Shown here: piece by piece, positions 27,472 through 37,220 of the stretch
Position numbering within the stretch: position 1 is the stretch's first letter
How the letters are laid out: each line of letters begins with the position of its first letter
From: Candidatus Doudnabacteria bacterium RIFCSPHIGHO2_01_FULL_46_24
GTDB taxonomy: Bacteria > Patescibacteriota > Doudnabacteria > UBA920 > O2-02-FULL-48-8
Direction of reading: 5' to 3'
Assembly: GCA_001777575.1 (NCBI GenBank)
Contig: MFEL01000012.1
Location: forward strand, 2,027-66,026
DNA length: 64,000 nucleotides
The notes under the pieces: model-generated
What the model was told of the DNA's origin: nothing
The model's input: the letters and a program-made list of their open reading frames with translations, nothing else
Databases searched by the model: none
Program-made: the position numbers and the translations under genes

Positions 27472-28980
27472 TTAGTTGCTGTTGGAAAGCAAAACTTTCT
27501 GACCTTCGGAAAGCCCTTCGGTTATTTCGATGTTGCCGTCTGAGCCGCGCAGGCCGGTCTTGACTTCGACTTCCGCGACTGTCTGATCGGGATTCATCAC
27601 CTTCACGAATTTCGCGCTCTCTTTGGCGAATACGGCGCGGGCCGGGATGATTATGATTCCCTCCCGTTTGTCCGTCAGAATGTCGAGGTTGGCTGTCATG
27701 CCGGAGCGGATCCGCTCGTCCGGATTCTCAAATGCAAATGTGGTTTGGTAGGTGGACACGCCGTCAATCAAGGTTTCGCCCGGACTGATTTTGATGACCT
27801 TGGCCGAAAATTTGACGTCCGAGCTGTATGCGTCTAAAATCACGGATGCCTCTTGCCCCAGCTTAAGCCGCGCGATGTCGGCCTCCGGGATGAACGCTTT
27901 AATTTCGAATTTATTTTCTGAGATCAGGGAAATTGCGGCAGTGTTGACCGAGATGATTTGGCCGCGCTGGATATCCACTTTCGTGACCGTGCCGGCAAAC
28001 GGCGCGCGAAGCAAGCTTGCTTCCAGGGCCGCCTGGGCGGATTGGACCCCGCCTTGGGCGGAAAGCAGTTGCGCCTTGGCCGCGGCAAGGTCAGCCGGCC
28101 GGGCCTGGGCTTTCTTGAGGTTGAGACTGGCTTGGGCGGAATCCACCGCGGATTGCGCCGAGCTTATGGCTGAAGCTTGCGTCTGCAGCGCGGCCTGGTA
28201 AGTATTGTAATTAGTCACATAATTCGACGCTTTGGTATTGGGAATTTCGATCTCCCAGACATCGCTGGCCTGCACTGCTGTGGAAGAAAATTCCACGAAC
28301 AGGCCGTGCGTGCCAAGCGCGGTTGGCGCGTTGGAGCGGACTTGGAAATCAGCTGACTCCAAACCGGTAACGTTGACAAACGGGCCCAAGCCGGTGTCAT
28401 AAGCGGTTAATTTGTAAATCCCCTGCGCAGATCCGGTATAGGTACCACTGACTTCCGCTGTAACGGAGCTGATGTTTGAGGTTTTCGGAATGGCGGCGGG
28501 CGTGGAATTATTAAACGCGGCAAGCGCGTTTAATACAAGCACCGCTTGCTGGTTTTGGACGGCGACAAGCGCTGCTTTGGCAGCATCAAGCGAAGACTGG
28601 GCCACTGCCACTTCCTCGCTGCTGGCTCCGGCCAGCACCTTGTCGAAATTGGCCTGGGCAGCGGCTAGGCTGCCTCGCGCAGAGGTCAGGGCGGCTAATT
28701 CGTTTTTCTGATCCAAAAAAGCCAATACCGCCCCAACTGAAACTTTTTTGCCTACTGTTGCCGAAACTAAAGCGACTTTGCCGCTTTTCTCAAAGGCCAA
28801 ATTCAAATTCTCCGAAGCCTCGACTTTGCCGGTCGCGCTCACTTCGGAAACCAAATCAGCCCTGCGCGCTTCGGCCGTCTGGAGAGTCGGAGTTTTTTTG
28901 CCAAAAAACCTGGAAACGGCAAATCCCGCCACTAGCAATACGGCAATCACAATAATGATTTTCTTTCGCGTAATTTTCAT
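27472..28980 (-). CDS. Efflux periplasmic adaptor subunit (HlyD/MacA family)
   Basis: 502 aa. N-terminal TM, long Ala/Gln-rich coiled coil, C-terminal beta-barrel (RIRSGMTANLDI). Confidence 0.7.
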   Translation of the reverse strand: MKITRKKIIIVIAVLLVAGFAVSRFFGKKTPTLQTAEARRADLVSEVSATGKVEASENLNLAFEKSGKVALVSATVGKKVSVGAVLAFLDQKNELAALTSARGSLAAAQANFDKVLAGASSEEVAVAQSSLDAAKAALVAVQNQQAVLVLNALAAFNNSTPAAIPKTSNISSVTAEVSGTYTGSAQGIYKLTAYDTGLGPFVNVTGLESADFQVRSNAPTALGTHGLFVEFSSTAVQASDVWEIEIPNTKASNYVTNYNTYQAALQTQASAISSAQSAVDSAQASLNLKKAQARPADLAAAKAQLLSAQGGVQSAQAALEASLLRAPFAGTVTKVDIQRGQIISVNTAAISLISENKFEIKAFIPEADIARLKLGQEASVILDAYSSDVKFSAKVIKISPGETLIDGVSTYQTTFAFENPDERIRSGMTANLDILTDKREGIIIIPARAVFAKESAKFVKVMNPDQTVAEVEVKTGLRGSDGNIEITEGLSEGQKVLLSNSN

Positions 28981-28983
28981 GAT

Positions 28984-29460
28984 TTATTTGAACAGCGAAA
29001 TGACAAAATAAGCAGCCATGCTGAGAGTGACTGCAAGCTTGAACAGAGTGCCGATGATTATGCCGACAAAAGCGGCCCAGGCAGTTCGCAGCGCGGTATG
29101 AAGCTCGGCTTTCGGGGCCAGTATTTCGCCCAAAAAAGCGCCTAGAAAAGGGCCAAGAAATGCTCCCAGCGGGCCAAGCAGTATAACACCAAAGATAGCG
29201 CCCAGCAACGCGCCCATGACTCCGTAGCCGGTTGATTTATACCCTTTTGCCGCCAAGGCCGGCCCGAAAATATCAAACAGGATGGTCAATAATGTCAGGG
29301 CGGAAAAAACTGAGATGGCCACGGCCCCGACTTTTTCGAAATGCGTGGCTATGCCCAGGATAATAAGACCGGCCAAAGCCACCGGCGGCCCAGGCAAAAA
29401 CGGCAGGATGGTGCCGGCCAAACCGATTAAAATCAAAATTCCCGAAATTATCGCCCACAT
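28984..29460 (-). CDS. DUF456-family membrane protein
   Basis: 158 aa. ILPFLPGPPVALAG motif and Gly-zipper TM helices. Confidence 0.55.
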   Translation of the reverse strand: MWAIISGILILIGLAGTILPFLPGPPVALAGLIILGIATHFEKVGAVAISVFSALTLLTILFDIFGPALAAKGYKSTGYGVMGALLGAIFGVILLGPLGAFLGPFLGAFLGEILAPKAELHTALRTAWAAFVGIIIGTLFKLAVTLSMAAYFVISLFK

Positions 29461-29832
29461 TTATTTTTTCTCCAAATTTAACGAACAGGAATTAATGCAA
29501 AATCTTTTACCGCCCTTTTGTGTAGGCCCGTCTTCAAATACATGTCCCAAATGCGAGCCGCAGCGCTTGCAGACGACCTCGGTGCGATTCATGTCATGGC
29601 TTGAGTCTTGCCTAAGCTCGACATGCTCAAGGTTTGCCGGCCCTGTAAATGACGGCCAGCCGGTGCCGGAATCGAATTTCGCATCAGAGGAAAATAATTC
29701 CGCTCCGCACGCGGCGCATTTATACATGCCTTTGGAGTGCTCATCGATATATTTACCGGTAAAGGGCGCTTCTGTCCCTCGCTCCCGCATGACATGATAT
29801 TGCTGCGGATCTAAATGTGAAAATTTATCCAT
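29461..29832 (-). CDS. msrB: Peptide-methionine (R)-S-oxide reductase
   Basis: 123 aa. CAACGAELFSS...GWPSF...RTEVVCKRCGSHLGHVF with SelR Cys pairs. Confidence 0.9.
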   Translation of the reverse strand: MDKFSHLDPQQYHVMRERGTEAPFTGKYIDEHSKGMYKCAACGAELFSSDAKFDSGTGWPSFTGPANLEHVELRQDSSHDMNRTEVVCKRCGSHLGHVFEDGPTQKGGKRFCINSCSLNLEKK

Positions 29833-29970
29833 GGCGATATTCGGTTAATTTTTTGACTAAGTTTTTCGCGCTCGGTCTTGCCGTGAGTAATACTAAAGCG
29901 CTGCATCAGCTTGCGCAATTTACCCTTGCGCTTCTGCTTATGCTTAATATCACTATGCCTCTTCTTCGCC

Positions 29971-30522
29971 CTAATTTTGGACATCTTTGTTGAGCAATCC
30001 GGCAAACTTCTGCCTTAATTTGGCAATCTTGGGACTGATAACCAGCTGGCAATACGGTTTGTTTTGATGTTGGTCGAAATACCGCTGATGGTAGCTTTCC
30101 GCCGGCCAAAATTTATCTAGCTTGCCGATTTCCGTCACAATCGGCGTTTGATATATATCGCGTATATATGTGGATATATATTTTTCCGATTCAACTTTCT
30201 GTTCATCAGTCGTGTAAAAAATCGCGGAACGGTATTGTGAGCCGATGTCATTTCCCTGACGGTTGAGCGTGGTCGGGTCATGCGTGGCAAAAAATACGCT
30301 AAGTAGGTCGGCGTATTTAATTTGCGTCGGATCGAATTTTATCTGAATCGCTTCGGCATGGCCTGTATTGCCAGCACTCACCTGCTCGTAAGTCGGGTTG
30401 TTCGTGTGCCCGCCGGCATAGCCAGATTCGACTGATTCCACACCTTTCAATCGTTGAAATATCGCCTCAGTGCACCAAAAGCACCCGCTGCCAAATATTG
30501 CCGTTGCTAGTTCTTTGCCCAT
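29971..30522 (-). CDS. msrA: Peptide-methionine (S)-S-oxide reductase
   Basis: GSGCFWCTEAIF active-site motif. Start set at internal Met (MGKELATAIFG); track ORF extends to 30612. Confidence 0.9.
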   Translation of the reverse strand: MGKELATAIFGSGCFWCTEAIFQRLKGVESVESGYAGGHTNNPTYEQVSAGNTGHAEAIQIKFDPTQIKYADLLSVFFATHDPTTLNRQGNDIGSQYRSAIFYTTDEQKVESEKYISTYIRDIYQTPIVTEIGKLDKFWPAESYHQRYFDQHQNKPYCQLVISPKIAKLRQKFAGLLNKDVQN

Positions 30523-31132
30523 TATATAATTATAACTCAAAAAGCCAAAAATAAAAAAAGGCGCGAGGTCTCTTCTAAGGCTTGCGCCGAATCTCCCGGC
30601 CGTTACCGTCATCCATCTTTCTCATCCGATAGCCAAAGAAAAGCGTCCCCAGGAATATCACGCCTAAAGCAATAACCCAATCGGCGGAAACCACCATCAG
30701 AACTCCTGTTCGCCGGCATTTCTGCCAGAGACGTTCCAGCCGCTTCTGCATAAAGTCCTCCTTCCGCATCAGTCTATCAAACACAAACGAAAAAAGAAAC
30801 AAAGCGAGTTGTTTTTTGTGCTCACGCCGTTTTGATGCGACTGGTAAGACAGCCGCTCGCGTTGGAATACCGTAATTTTCTTGAAATCAACCCGACTACG
30901 CTCCGGGATTTGCCGAATCATAAAGCTTGAAGCCGATTAAAATCGAGATCAACACAAACATGATGACCTACAACAAGAGCCCAAACCCAATCGTTTTTTT
31001 GAAGTTCATTTTGTTTCACCCCCTTTCAAAGAAACTGACACGCCTTAAGCATAACAAAAACAGGCTTGCCGCCTATTATGGTTTCATTCACCACCTTCGC
31101 TAACATACTATCATATGATGTATACTTAACTC

Positions 31133-32404
31133 ATGATCGAACTTATACAATGTAAAACCGACATAGGCAGAAAATTAGAAAGCTACAAGGATTTTCTACC
31201 AGTGGATTACAGAAGTTGCTTCAAGCATGGCAGAATTTTAAAAGGGAAAAAAATTATGCATGTTAATGCTACCCATAAGGGCGGCGGGGTCGCTGAATTA
31301 CTCGCCACCCAGATCAGTCTGGAAAGGTCGATGGGTATAGACAGCAGGTGGTTTGTCATGGATGCTCCCGACACATTCTTCCGGGTCACTAAAAAAATCC
31401 ACAACATGACTCAAGGGCTTCCAGGGCGTTTAACCATGAAAGAAGCTCTGACTTATCTTGATACGAACCAGGAACTATCCTTGCCCTTTTTGCAAATACT
31501 GAATACAGTCAAGCCTGATCTTGTGGTTATCCATGATCCGCAACCAATGCCCTTGGTTAAGTATGTTCCTGCTGGAATAAAGACCATTCTCCGCTTGCAT
31601 ATTGATTTTTCCGAACCGAATCCAAGAATCACAAAATTTCTCACGCCGTTCTTATCTAATTACAGCCGAATTATAATCAGCAGTAAAAATTACATACCCG
31701 AACTGCCAAAAAATGTACAAAAACGGACTACGGTTATTATGCCTGGCATCGACCCTCTTTCAGAAAAAAACCGCCCGATGGCCAGAGAAAAAGCCAGGAT
31801 AATTACCAAACAATTAGGAATAGACCCGGACAGGCCGATTGTTTTGCAAGTGTCCAGATTTGACCCATGGAAAGATCCGTTGGGGGTGATAGAGGCCTAC
31901 TCCATGGCAAAACTAGAAATACAAAACCTTCAGCTGGTTTTGGCAGGAATAATTCAGGCTAAAGATGACCCGGGAGCGCGATTGATTCTGGAGAAAGTCA
32001 AAAAACGGGCGGGAACAGATCCTGATATTTTTCTCTTTTGGGATCAAAGCCAGATCAATAGCAATTCCGTTGATTGTTTTGTAAGCGCCATACTCACGGC
32101 CAGCACGGTTGTTATTCAAAAAAGCATCAAAGAGGGCTTTGGACTGACAATCACGGAGGCAATGTGGAAGGGGAAACCGGTTATTGGCGGAAATGCCAGC
32201 GGGGTTCGTTTGCAAATAATAAACAACCGGAACGGGATGATCGTGTCGAACACCTTAATGGCTGCGAAAGCAATAATAAAGTTAGTCAGAAATCCAAAAC
32301 TTAGGAACAAACTGGGAAAGGCGGCCAGACTGTCAGTTCAAAAGAGATTTTTGCAACCGAAGTACTTGCTTGAAAATTTAAAGGTATATAAGCAAGTCTT
32401 ATAA
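31133..32404 (+). CDS. GT4 glycosyltransferase, trehalose synthase (TreT)-like
   Basis: 423 aa. RKLESYKDF...HVNATHKGGGVAELL...MGIDSRWFVM mirrors the TreT N-terminus. C-terminal GT4 E-x7-E region. Confidence 0.6.
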   Translation: MIELIQCKTDIGRKLESYKDFLPVDYRSCFKHGRILKGKKIMHVNATHKGGGVAELLATQISLERSMGIDSRWFVMDAPDTFFRVTKKIHNMTQGLPGRLTMKEALTYLDTNQELSLPFLQILNTVKPDLVVIHDPQPMPLVKYVPAGIKTILRLHIDFSEPNPRITKFLTPFLSNYSRIIISSKNYIPELPKNVQKRTTVIMPGIDPLSEKNRPMAREKARIITKQLGIDPDRPIVLQVSRFDPWKDPLGVIEAYSMAKLEIQNLQLVLAGIIQAKDDPGARLILEKVKKRAGTDPDIFLFWDQSQINSNSVDCFVSAILTASTVVIQKSIKEGFGLTITEAMWKGKPVIGGNASGVRLQIINNRNGMIVSNTLMAAKAIIKLVRNPKLRNKLGKAARLSVQKRFLQPKYLLENLKVYKQVL

Positions 32405-32432
32405 AAAAAACCGCCATGAGGCGGCTTTCGAA
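32405..32432 (+). terminator. Rho-independent terminator after the glycosyltransferase gene
   Basis: aaaaaaaaccgccatgaggcggctttcgaatt: GC stem flanked by A-tract and T-rich tail. Confidence 0.5.
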
Positions 32433-32559
32433 TTCGTGTTTTTCTGGAGTCGCGCGGTCTTAGACGTTCGAACCATAATCCAGCAAGCCCCAGGATTTAT
32501 TTACATTCCTGATCTTAGCAGGTTTGGAGATAAATAAACACAAGTTTTATTCATCCGCT

Positions 32560-33624
32560 TTAACCTAAGACATAACCAGCAGCTCGTGCCTTGCCGATTT
32601 GTTTTATCATCCCGAGCTTCTTAAGCTTTTGTAGATGGAATTGGGCGGTTCTTTGAGGGCAACGTAAAATATCCACTACATCTTTAGTTGTGATTTTACC
32701 CACTTTATCTACGAAGTCCAAAAGCTGCATCTGGTCTTTATCAAGATAAATTTTCGATTGGATTTTCTCATCTACTTTTTTCATCTGTAGAGCTGCTATT
32801 TTTTCTTTGACGTTATCGGTTTCTTCCTTAAATCCTTTGACAAAGTATTCCAGCCACGGAGTAAAATCGACTCTTCGCTCCTTATAATTTTTACCAATAT
32901 TGATTGCGGCATAATACTTGGGGCGAGCCTTATTGTAATAATCTTCCAGAGCAAACAATCGTCTGAAATCATAGCCTCTTTCATAAAGAACCAAGGTAGC
33001 TAATGCTCTGGCCGTTCGGCCGTTTCCATCGTTGAAGGGGTGGATGGCGGCAATTTCTTGGTGGACAATGCCTGCGACAAGAATTGGGTGAATATCTTTT
33101 TTAACACTATCCTGTATCCAAGCAACCAAATCTTTGACCAGCTCAGCCACCTTGTCAGCAGCTGGGCCAGTATAAAGTGTTTCGTCTGGCCAGCCAAATT
33201 TTTTTCTCACTACATAAATCGGGCCTTGGCGGTAACGTCCTGATTGTTCTTTCGGCAAAGTATTTTCTGTGACTAAGCCGTGAATTTTCAATATAACTTT
33301 TTCGGTAATTGGTTGTTTCTTTTCAACTACTTTCTGAATATATTTCAATGCGGCCAGATAATTTACAACCTCATAAACATCTCTGGCTGGGGCATCAATT
33401 TTTAGAGCATTGCTATGTTTCGCCAATTCTTCAACTTGGTGGATATTCAGGATGTTTCCCTCAATAGCTGTAGAGCTATGCGTCATACGCACCAAAGCCT
33501 GCCTACGCAAGCGTAACTCGTGCTTAGGGAGGAGTTTAGCACGATCAATGGCCGCCTTTGCCCCTGCAATGCTGGTCAGCATACTGACGATTTTATTGGT
33601 TATTTTGAATTGTGGATCAAACAT
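32560..33624 (-). CDS. Fic/DOC family protein with C-terminal winged-helix
   Basis: HPFNDGNGRTARAL Fic motif. C-terminal wHTH. Start at internal Met MFDPQF; track ORF extends to 33705. Confidence 0.8.
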   Translation of the reverse strand: MFDPQFKITNKIVSMLTSIAGAKAAIDRAKLLPKHELRLRRQALVRMTHSSTAIEGNILNIHQVEELAKHSNALKIDAPARDVYEVVNYLAALKYIQKVVEKKQPITEKVILKIHGLVTENTLPKEQSGRYRQGPIYVVRKKFGWPDETLYTGPAADKVAELVKDLVAWIQDSVKKDIHPILVAGIVHQEIAAIHPFNDGNGRTARALATLVLYERGYDFRRLFALEDYYNKARPKYYAAINIGKNYKERRVDFTPWLEYFVKGFKEETDNVKEKIAALQMKKVDEKIQSKIYLDKDQMQLLDFVDKVGKITTKDVVDILRCPQRTAQFHLQKLKKLGMIKQIGKARAAGYVLG

Positions 33625-33771
33625 AGGCTTATTTCCTTCTATAATCATTATACTCCTTATCCAAGAATTGCGCAAGTATCGCGCAATATATCGCGCAAAT
33701 AACAAAACCCGCCTCCTTGTCCGCCGAAACTTTAGCGTAGGCGGATTCGGCGAGTTTCATCTTCGGATTTT

Positions 33772-33846
33772 TGGGGTGCCCGATGGGAATCGGACCCACG
33801 TGACCAGCGCCACAGGCTGGCGTTCTACCATTGAACTACGGGCACC
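33772..33846 (-). tRNA. tRNA-His (GTG) with G-1 and encoded CCA
   Basis: Cloverleaf folded by hand. Acceptor gtgcccg/cgggcac with extra 5' G pairing the discriminator C. Anticodon loop ctGTGgc. T-loop ggtccgattcc. Confidence 0.8.
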
Positions 33847-33851
33847 ATGAT

Positions 33852-34160
33852 TTATAACAATGCGATCACGACTAGAGCAAGGACAGTAATAACGACCAAA
33901 CACCCCAAGATGTATCCAAGCAACCAGATCGCTTCTTTCTTGGCGCCTTCCATGTACATTATCACCGGTTTCACGAAAATCAATGTACCCATGACTGCGG
34001 CCGAGAGAACAAACAACATCAGGAATGCCACTGGCGCCCACATATTTTCTTTTGGGCCGAACAATTTTTCGGCATTGTTCATTACAGACACTATGATGAT
34101 TATGTACGCTAGCACGAGCACTGAATGAGCAATCGCCGTTTTTAACAATTTACTGTTCAT
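33852..34160 (-). CDS. Small membrane protein (about 100 aa, 3 TM)
   Basis: ORF with hydrophobic segments. Start at internal Met MNSKLL. Confidence 0.35.
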   Translation of the reverse strand: MNSKLLKTAIAHSVLVLAYIIIIVSVMNNAEKLFGPKENMWAPVAFLMLFVLSAAVMGTLIFVKPVIMYMEGAKKEAIWLLGYILGCLVVITVLALVVIALL

Positions 34161-34290
34161 AATTTTTCTGGGAACGTCTGACGTTCCTGGCCCATGAACC
34201 ATTCACTATCGTTCAGGTTCAGAGCATGTGCCAGTCGCCCAAGTTATTGCTTATGGTCGTGCCGTGTACCGGAGCGAAGCGACTGGTACG

Positions 34291-34365
34291 TGGTGCCCCC
34301 GGAGGGAATCGAACCCCCATCAACGGCTTAGAAGTCCGCGGCTTTATCCATTAAGCTACGGGGGC
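34291..34365 (-). tRNA. tRNA-Arg (TCT), CCA encoded
   Basis: Acceptor gcccccg/cgggggc. Anticodon loop cTTCTAa. T-arm gggggttcgattccctc. One A31/G39 mismatch in the anticodon stem. Confidence 0.7.
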
Positions 34366-34548
34366 GTTTAATGAAAAATCCGCACACAGTGCGGCTATGA
34401 TTTTGGCGCAAATGCTGTGTCAGATGCGCGCTCACTCTATAATTATACTCCGATTTAGGCAAAAAGTCAACATATGCTAAGATAAAATAAGGGAAGTTCG
34501 GGTTTCTGAAACAAACCGAGCAAACACAATGACAACGGAGGACTTGCC

Positions 34549-35289
34549 ATGTTAGAGGCTTTGACGATACTCATCACCGCAGCCATCGTGGTTCAGTTAG
34601 CCGTATTCGCAACTACGATCTACCTGCACCGCACTGCCACGCACGGCGCACTGACCCTGCATCCTGCTGCGGCCTGGGTGTTCCGATTCATTCTCTGGAT
34701 CACCACCGGCATCACGACCCGGGAGTGGGTTGCCGTGCACCGCAAGCACCATGCCTTCACGGACGAGGAGGGAGATCCCCACAGCCCTAAACTCGAAGGA
34801 TTTTGGAGCGTCCAGCTGGGCAACGTTTTCCATTACCTGAAAGCGCTCCGCAACGACCCCGGAATCGTCACCCAATACGCGCGTGATCTCAAGCCTGACT
34901 TGTTTGATCGCTGGCTCTTCGACCACGGGCCCCTGGGTCTGCTTCTTGGAATAACTGCGCTGTGCGCGGTCCTCGGATTGTGGCCAGGCCTGGCCGTGGC
35001 CGGCATCCACGCGTTCCTGTACGTGTTCGTGCTGTCGTCGTCGATCAACGGCCTCTGCCATTCGATCGGCTACAAAAACTTCGACAACTCAGCCACGAAC
35101 ATCCGACTTGTCGCCTATCTCACCGGCGGCGAAGGGCTGCACAACAACCACCATGGCTACCAACGCAGCCCCAAACTCAGCTTCAAGAGAAGCGAGTTTG
35201 ATCCGGCATGGCCAATCATCAAACTGCTGACAGCCCTCGGGCTGGCACAACACCGCAAGACCATCAACGACGTGCGATCGACCCCGTAG
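34549..35289 (+). CDS. Fatty acid (acyl-lipid/acyl-CoA) desaturase
   Basis: 246 aa. His boxes HRTATH, HRKHH, HNNHHGY. 4 TM segments. Confidence 0.8.
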   Translation: MLEALTILITAAIVVQLAVFATTIYLHRTATHGALTLHPAAAWVFRFILWITTGITTREWVAVHRKHHAFTDEEGDPHSPKLEGFWSVQLGNVFHYLKALRNDPGIVTQYARDLKPDLFDRWLFDHGPLGLLLGITALCAVLGLWPGLAVAGIHAFLYVFVLSSSINGLCHSIGYKNFDNSATNIRLVAYLTGGEGLHNNHHGYQRSPKLSFKRSEFDPAWPIIKLLTALGLAQHRKTINDVRSTP

Positions 35290-35383
35290 TAACGCGAACC
35301 ATTTACTACCTGGGGTCTTTTTTTACATTGGCAATGGCGCCTGCAGAGACAAAAAGTCAGCGATCTGTTATGATGACAAGGCT

Positions 35384-36598
35384 TTGCTTATGGCAATTCC
35401 AACCGATACGTCAAACACGTTTCAAAATTTGGGCCTGGCGCCCAAGCTTTTGGAAATTCTGGCAAACCATAAATTCATCCATCCAACGCCGATCCAACAC
35501 CAATCCATTCCGATTGCCGTCCAGGGCAAGGACGTCATGGGAATCGCGCAGACCGGCACCGGCAAAACCCTCGCCTTCGGCTTGCCCATGATCCAAAGGC
35601 TGGCGCAGAGCAAGGGGGCACAAAAAGGGTTGGTAGTCCTGCCGACCCGCGAACTGGCCTTGCAGGTGGACGCGACCCTGAAAAAAATCGGCCACAGCAT
35701 CGGCTTGAAAACCGCTATCCTAATCGGCGGCGAAAATATGGGCAAACAGCTGAAGATGATGCGAGCAAACCCCCATATCATTATCGCCACTCCGGGGCGG
35801 CTGATTGACCATTTGGAAAGCAAAACGGTTGATTTAAGCCTGGTCGGCATACTCGTGTTGGACGAAGCGGACCGGATGCTGGACATGGGATTCGCCCCAC
35901 AGATCAACAAAATTCTCCAGAAAATTCCGAAAAACAGGCAAACCATGCTCTTTTCCGCGACTATGCCGGACGAAATCGTGAAAATTGCCCAATCATACAT
36001 GTCTCTGCCTTTGCGCGTGGAAGTGGCCCCGTCAGGCTCAACCATCCACAGCGTGACGCAGGAAGTCCTGTTCGTGGATCGAAGCGACAAAATCCAGACG
36101 CTCCGCGCCACGCTCTATGACTACAAAGGAAGCGTTCTGGTTTTTTGCCGCACCAAGCATGGCGCGAGAAAAATCTCTTCCGCCGTGCGCAATATGGGCC
36201 ATACGGCCGCGGAAATCCATTCCAACCGCTCGCTTCGGCAAAGAATTGAGGCATTGGAAGGATTTAAGCTCGGCAGGTACCGCGTGCTGGTGGCCACAGA
36301 CATTGCCGCAAGGGGAATAGATGTGACCGGCATTGAACTGGTCATCAATTACGACCTGCCTGCTACTGCTGAAGACTATGTCCATCGCATCGGAAGGACG
36401 GGGCGGGCCGGCATGTCCGGACATGCCATTTCCTACGCTCACCCTGACCAGACAGGCGATGTCCGCCGAATTGAACGTTTGATCAGAAAACCCTTGCAGG
36501 TCTCGCATTCAAAACCCCCGCCTGCCGCTCACGCCGCTCCCAGGAAAAACAAAAAACCGCATTACCCCAGCCGCGGTTACTTCATGAAACGCAGATAA
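35384..36598 (+). CDS. DEAD-box ATP-dependent RNA helicase
   Basis: 404 aa. Q-motif, AQTGTGKT, PTRELA, DEAD (LDEADRML), SAT, HRIGRTGRAG. Basic C-terminal tail. Confidence 0.9.
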   Translation: MLMAIPTDTSNTFQNLGLAPKLLEILANHKFIHPTPIQHQSIPIAVQGKDVMGIAQTGTGKTLAFGLPMIQRLAQSKGAQKGLVVLPTRELALQVDATLKKIGHSIGLKTAILIGGENMGKQLKMMRANPHIIIATPGRLIDHLESKTVDLSLVGILVLDEADRMLDMGFAPQINKILQKIPKNRQTMLFSATMPDEIVKIAQSYMSLPLRVEVAPSGSTIHSVTQEVLFVDRSDKIQTLRATLYDYKGSVLVFCRTKHGARKISSAVRNMGHTAAEIHSNRSLRQRIEALEGFKLGRYRVLVATDIAARGIDVTGIELVINYDLPATAEDYVHRIGRTGRAGMSGHAISYAHPDQTGDVRRIERLIRKPLQVSHSKPPPAAHAAPRKNKKPHYPSRGYFMKRR

Positions 36599-36647
36599 AA
36601 AGATAAAAAAGACAAAATAAATGCCCCGTTGGGGCTTTTTTTACTGC

Positions 36648-37046
36648 TTATTTTTGCTGGTTCTTGATAGTTTCGATTTCCTTGATGAGGCTCTGCAAAC
36701 GGTTTTCGATGGTGGTAAGGGTCTGGGTCGTAACCACTTCCAGCTTATCGTCTTCTTGGATGTCTTCTTGGATTTCGTCAATATTTTCTTCGACTTCCTG
36801 CAAGCTCTGGGTATTGCGGTTGACGGTCATTTGGATGAAAATCGAGAGATAAATGGCTTCCAAAGATACCAAGGTCGTCAAAATCAGCAGCATCTTCTCA
36901 AAATCGTAGCCAATTAGGTACAAACCGAACATGGCGGCGAAAAACAAAGTATGCAACAACAACGACCAGGAAGAACCCAGCCAGTCCGTAACCTTGATGG
37001 GCAGGTCTTTGATATGCTTAAATTCCAGACGATCCTTGAAATTCAT
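36648..37046 (-). CDS. DUF1003-family membrane protein
   Basis: Two TM helices then ...IQMTVNRNTQ... resembling the DUF1003 SQNRQ region. Start at internal Met MNFKDR. Confidence 0.5.
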   Translation of the reverse strand: MNFKDRLEFKHIKDLPIKVTDWLGSSWSLLLHTLFFAAMFGLYLIGYDFEKMLLILTTLVSLEAIYLSIFIQMTVNRNTQSLQEVEENIDEIQEDIQEDDKLEVVTTQTLTTIENRLQSLIKEIETIKNQQK

Positions 37047-37220
37047 GCCGAATACAATTATATCAACTATCTGGCAAACGTACAATGGATTTTTGTAACG
37101 TATCAGTCTAAACTGACGTTAACATTGGAAGAAAGGAGCAAATATGGCATGGTATGGCGATTCCAAAGGACACGCGGAGGCCGGCCGCAAAGGCGGCACC
37201 GCTTCCCGGCGCGAATAAGG

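Noticed and set aside
30575-30802. 75-aa minus-strand ORF upstream of msrA
   Set aside because: Possible small membrane protein but no RBS or motif support and ambiguous start; not called.
35422-36111. 229-aa minus-strand ORF
   Set aside because: Antisense to the DEAD-box helicase gene; shadow ORF.
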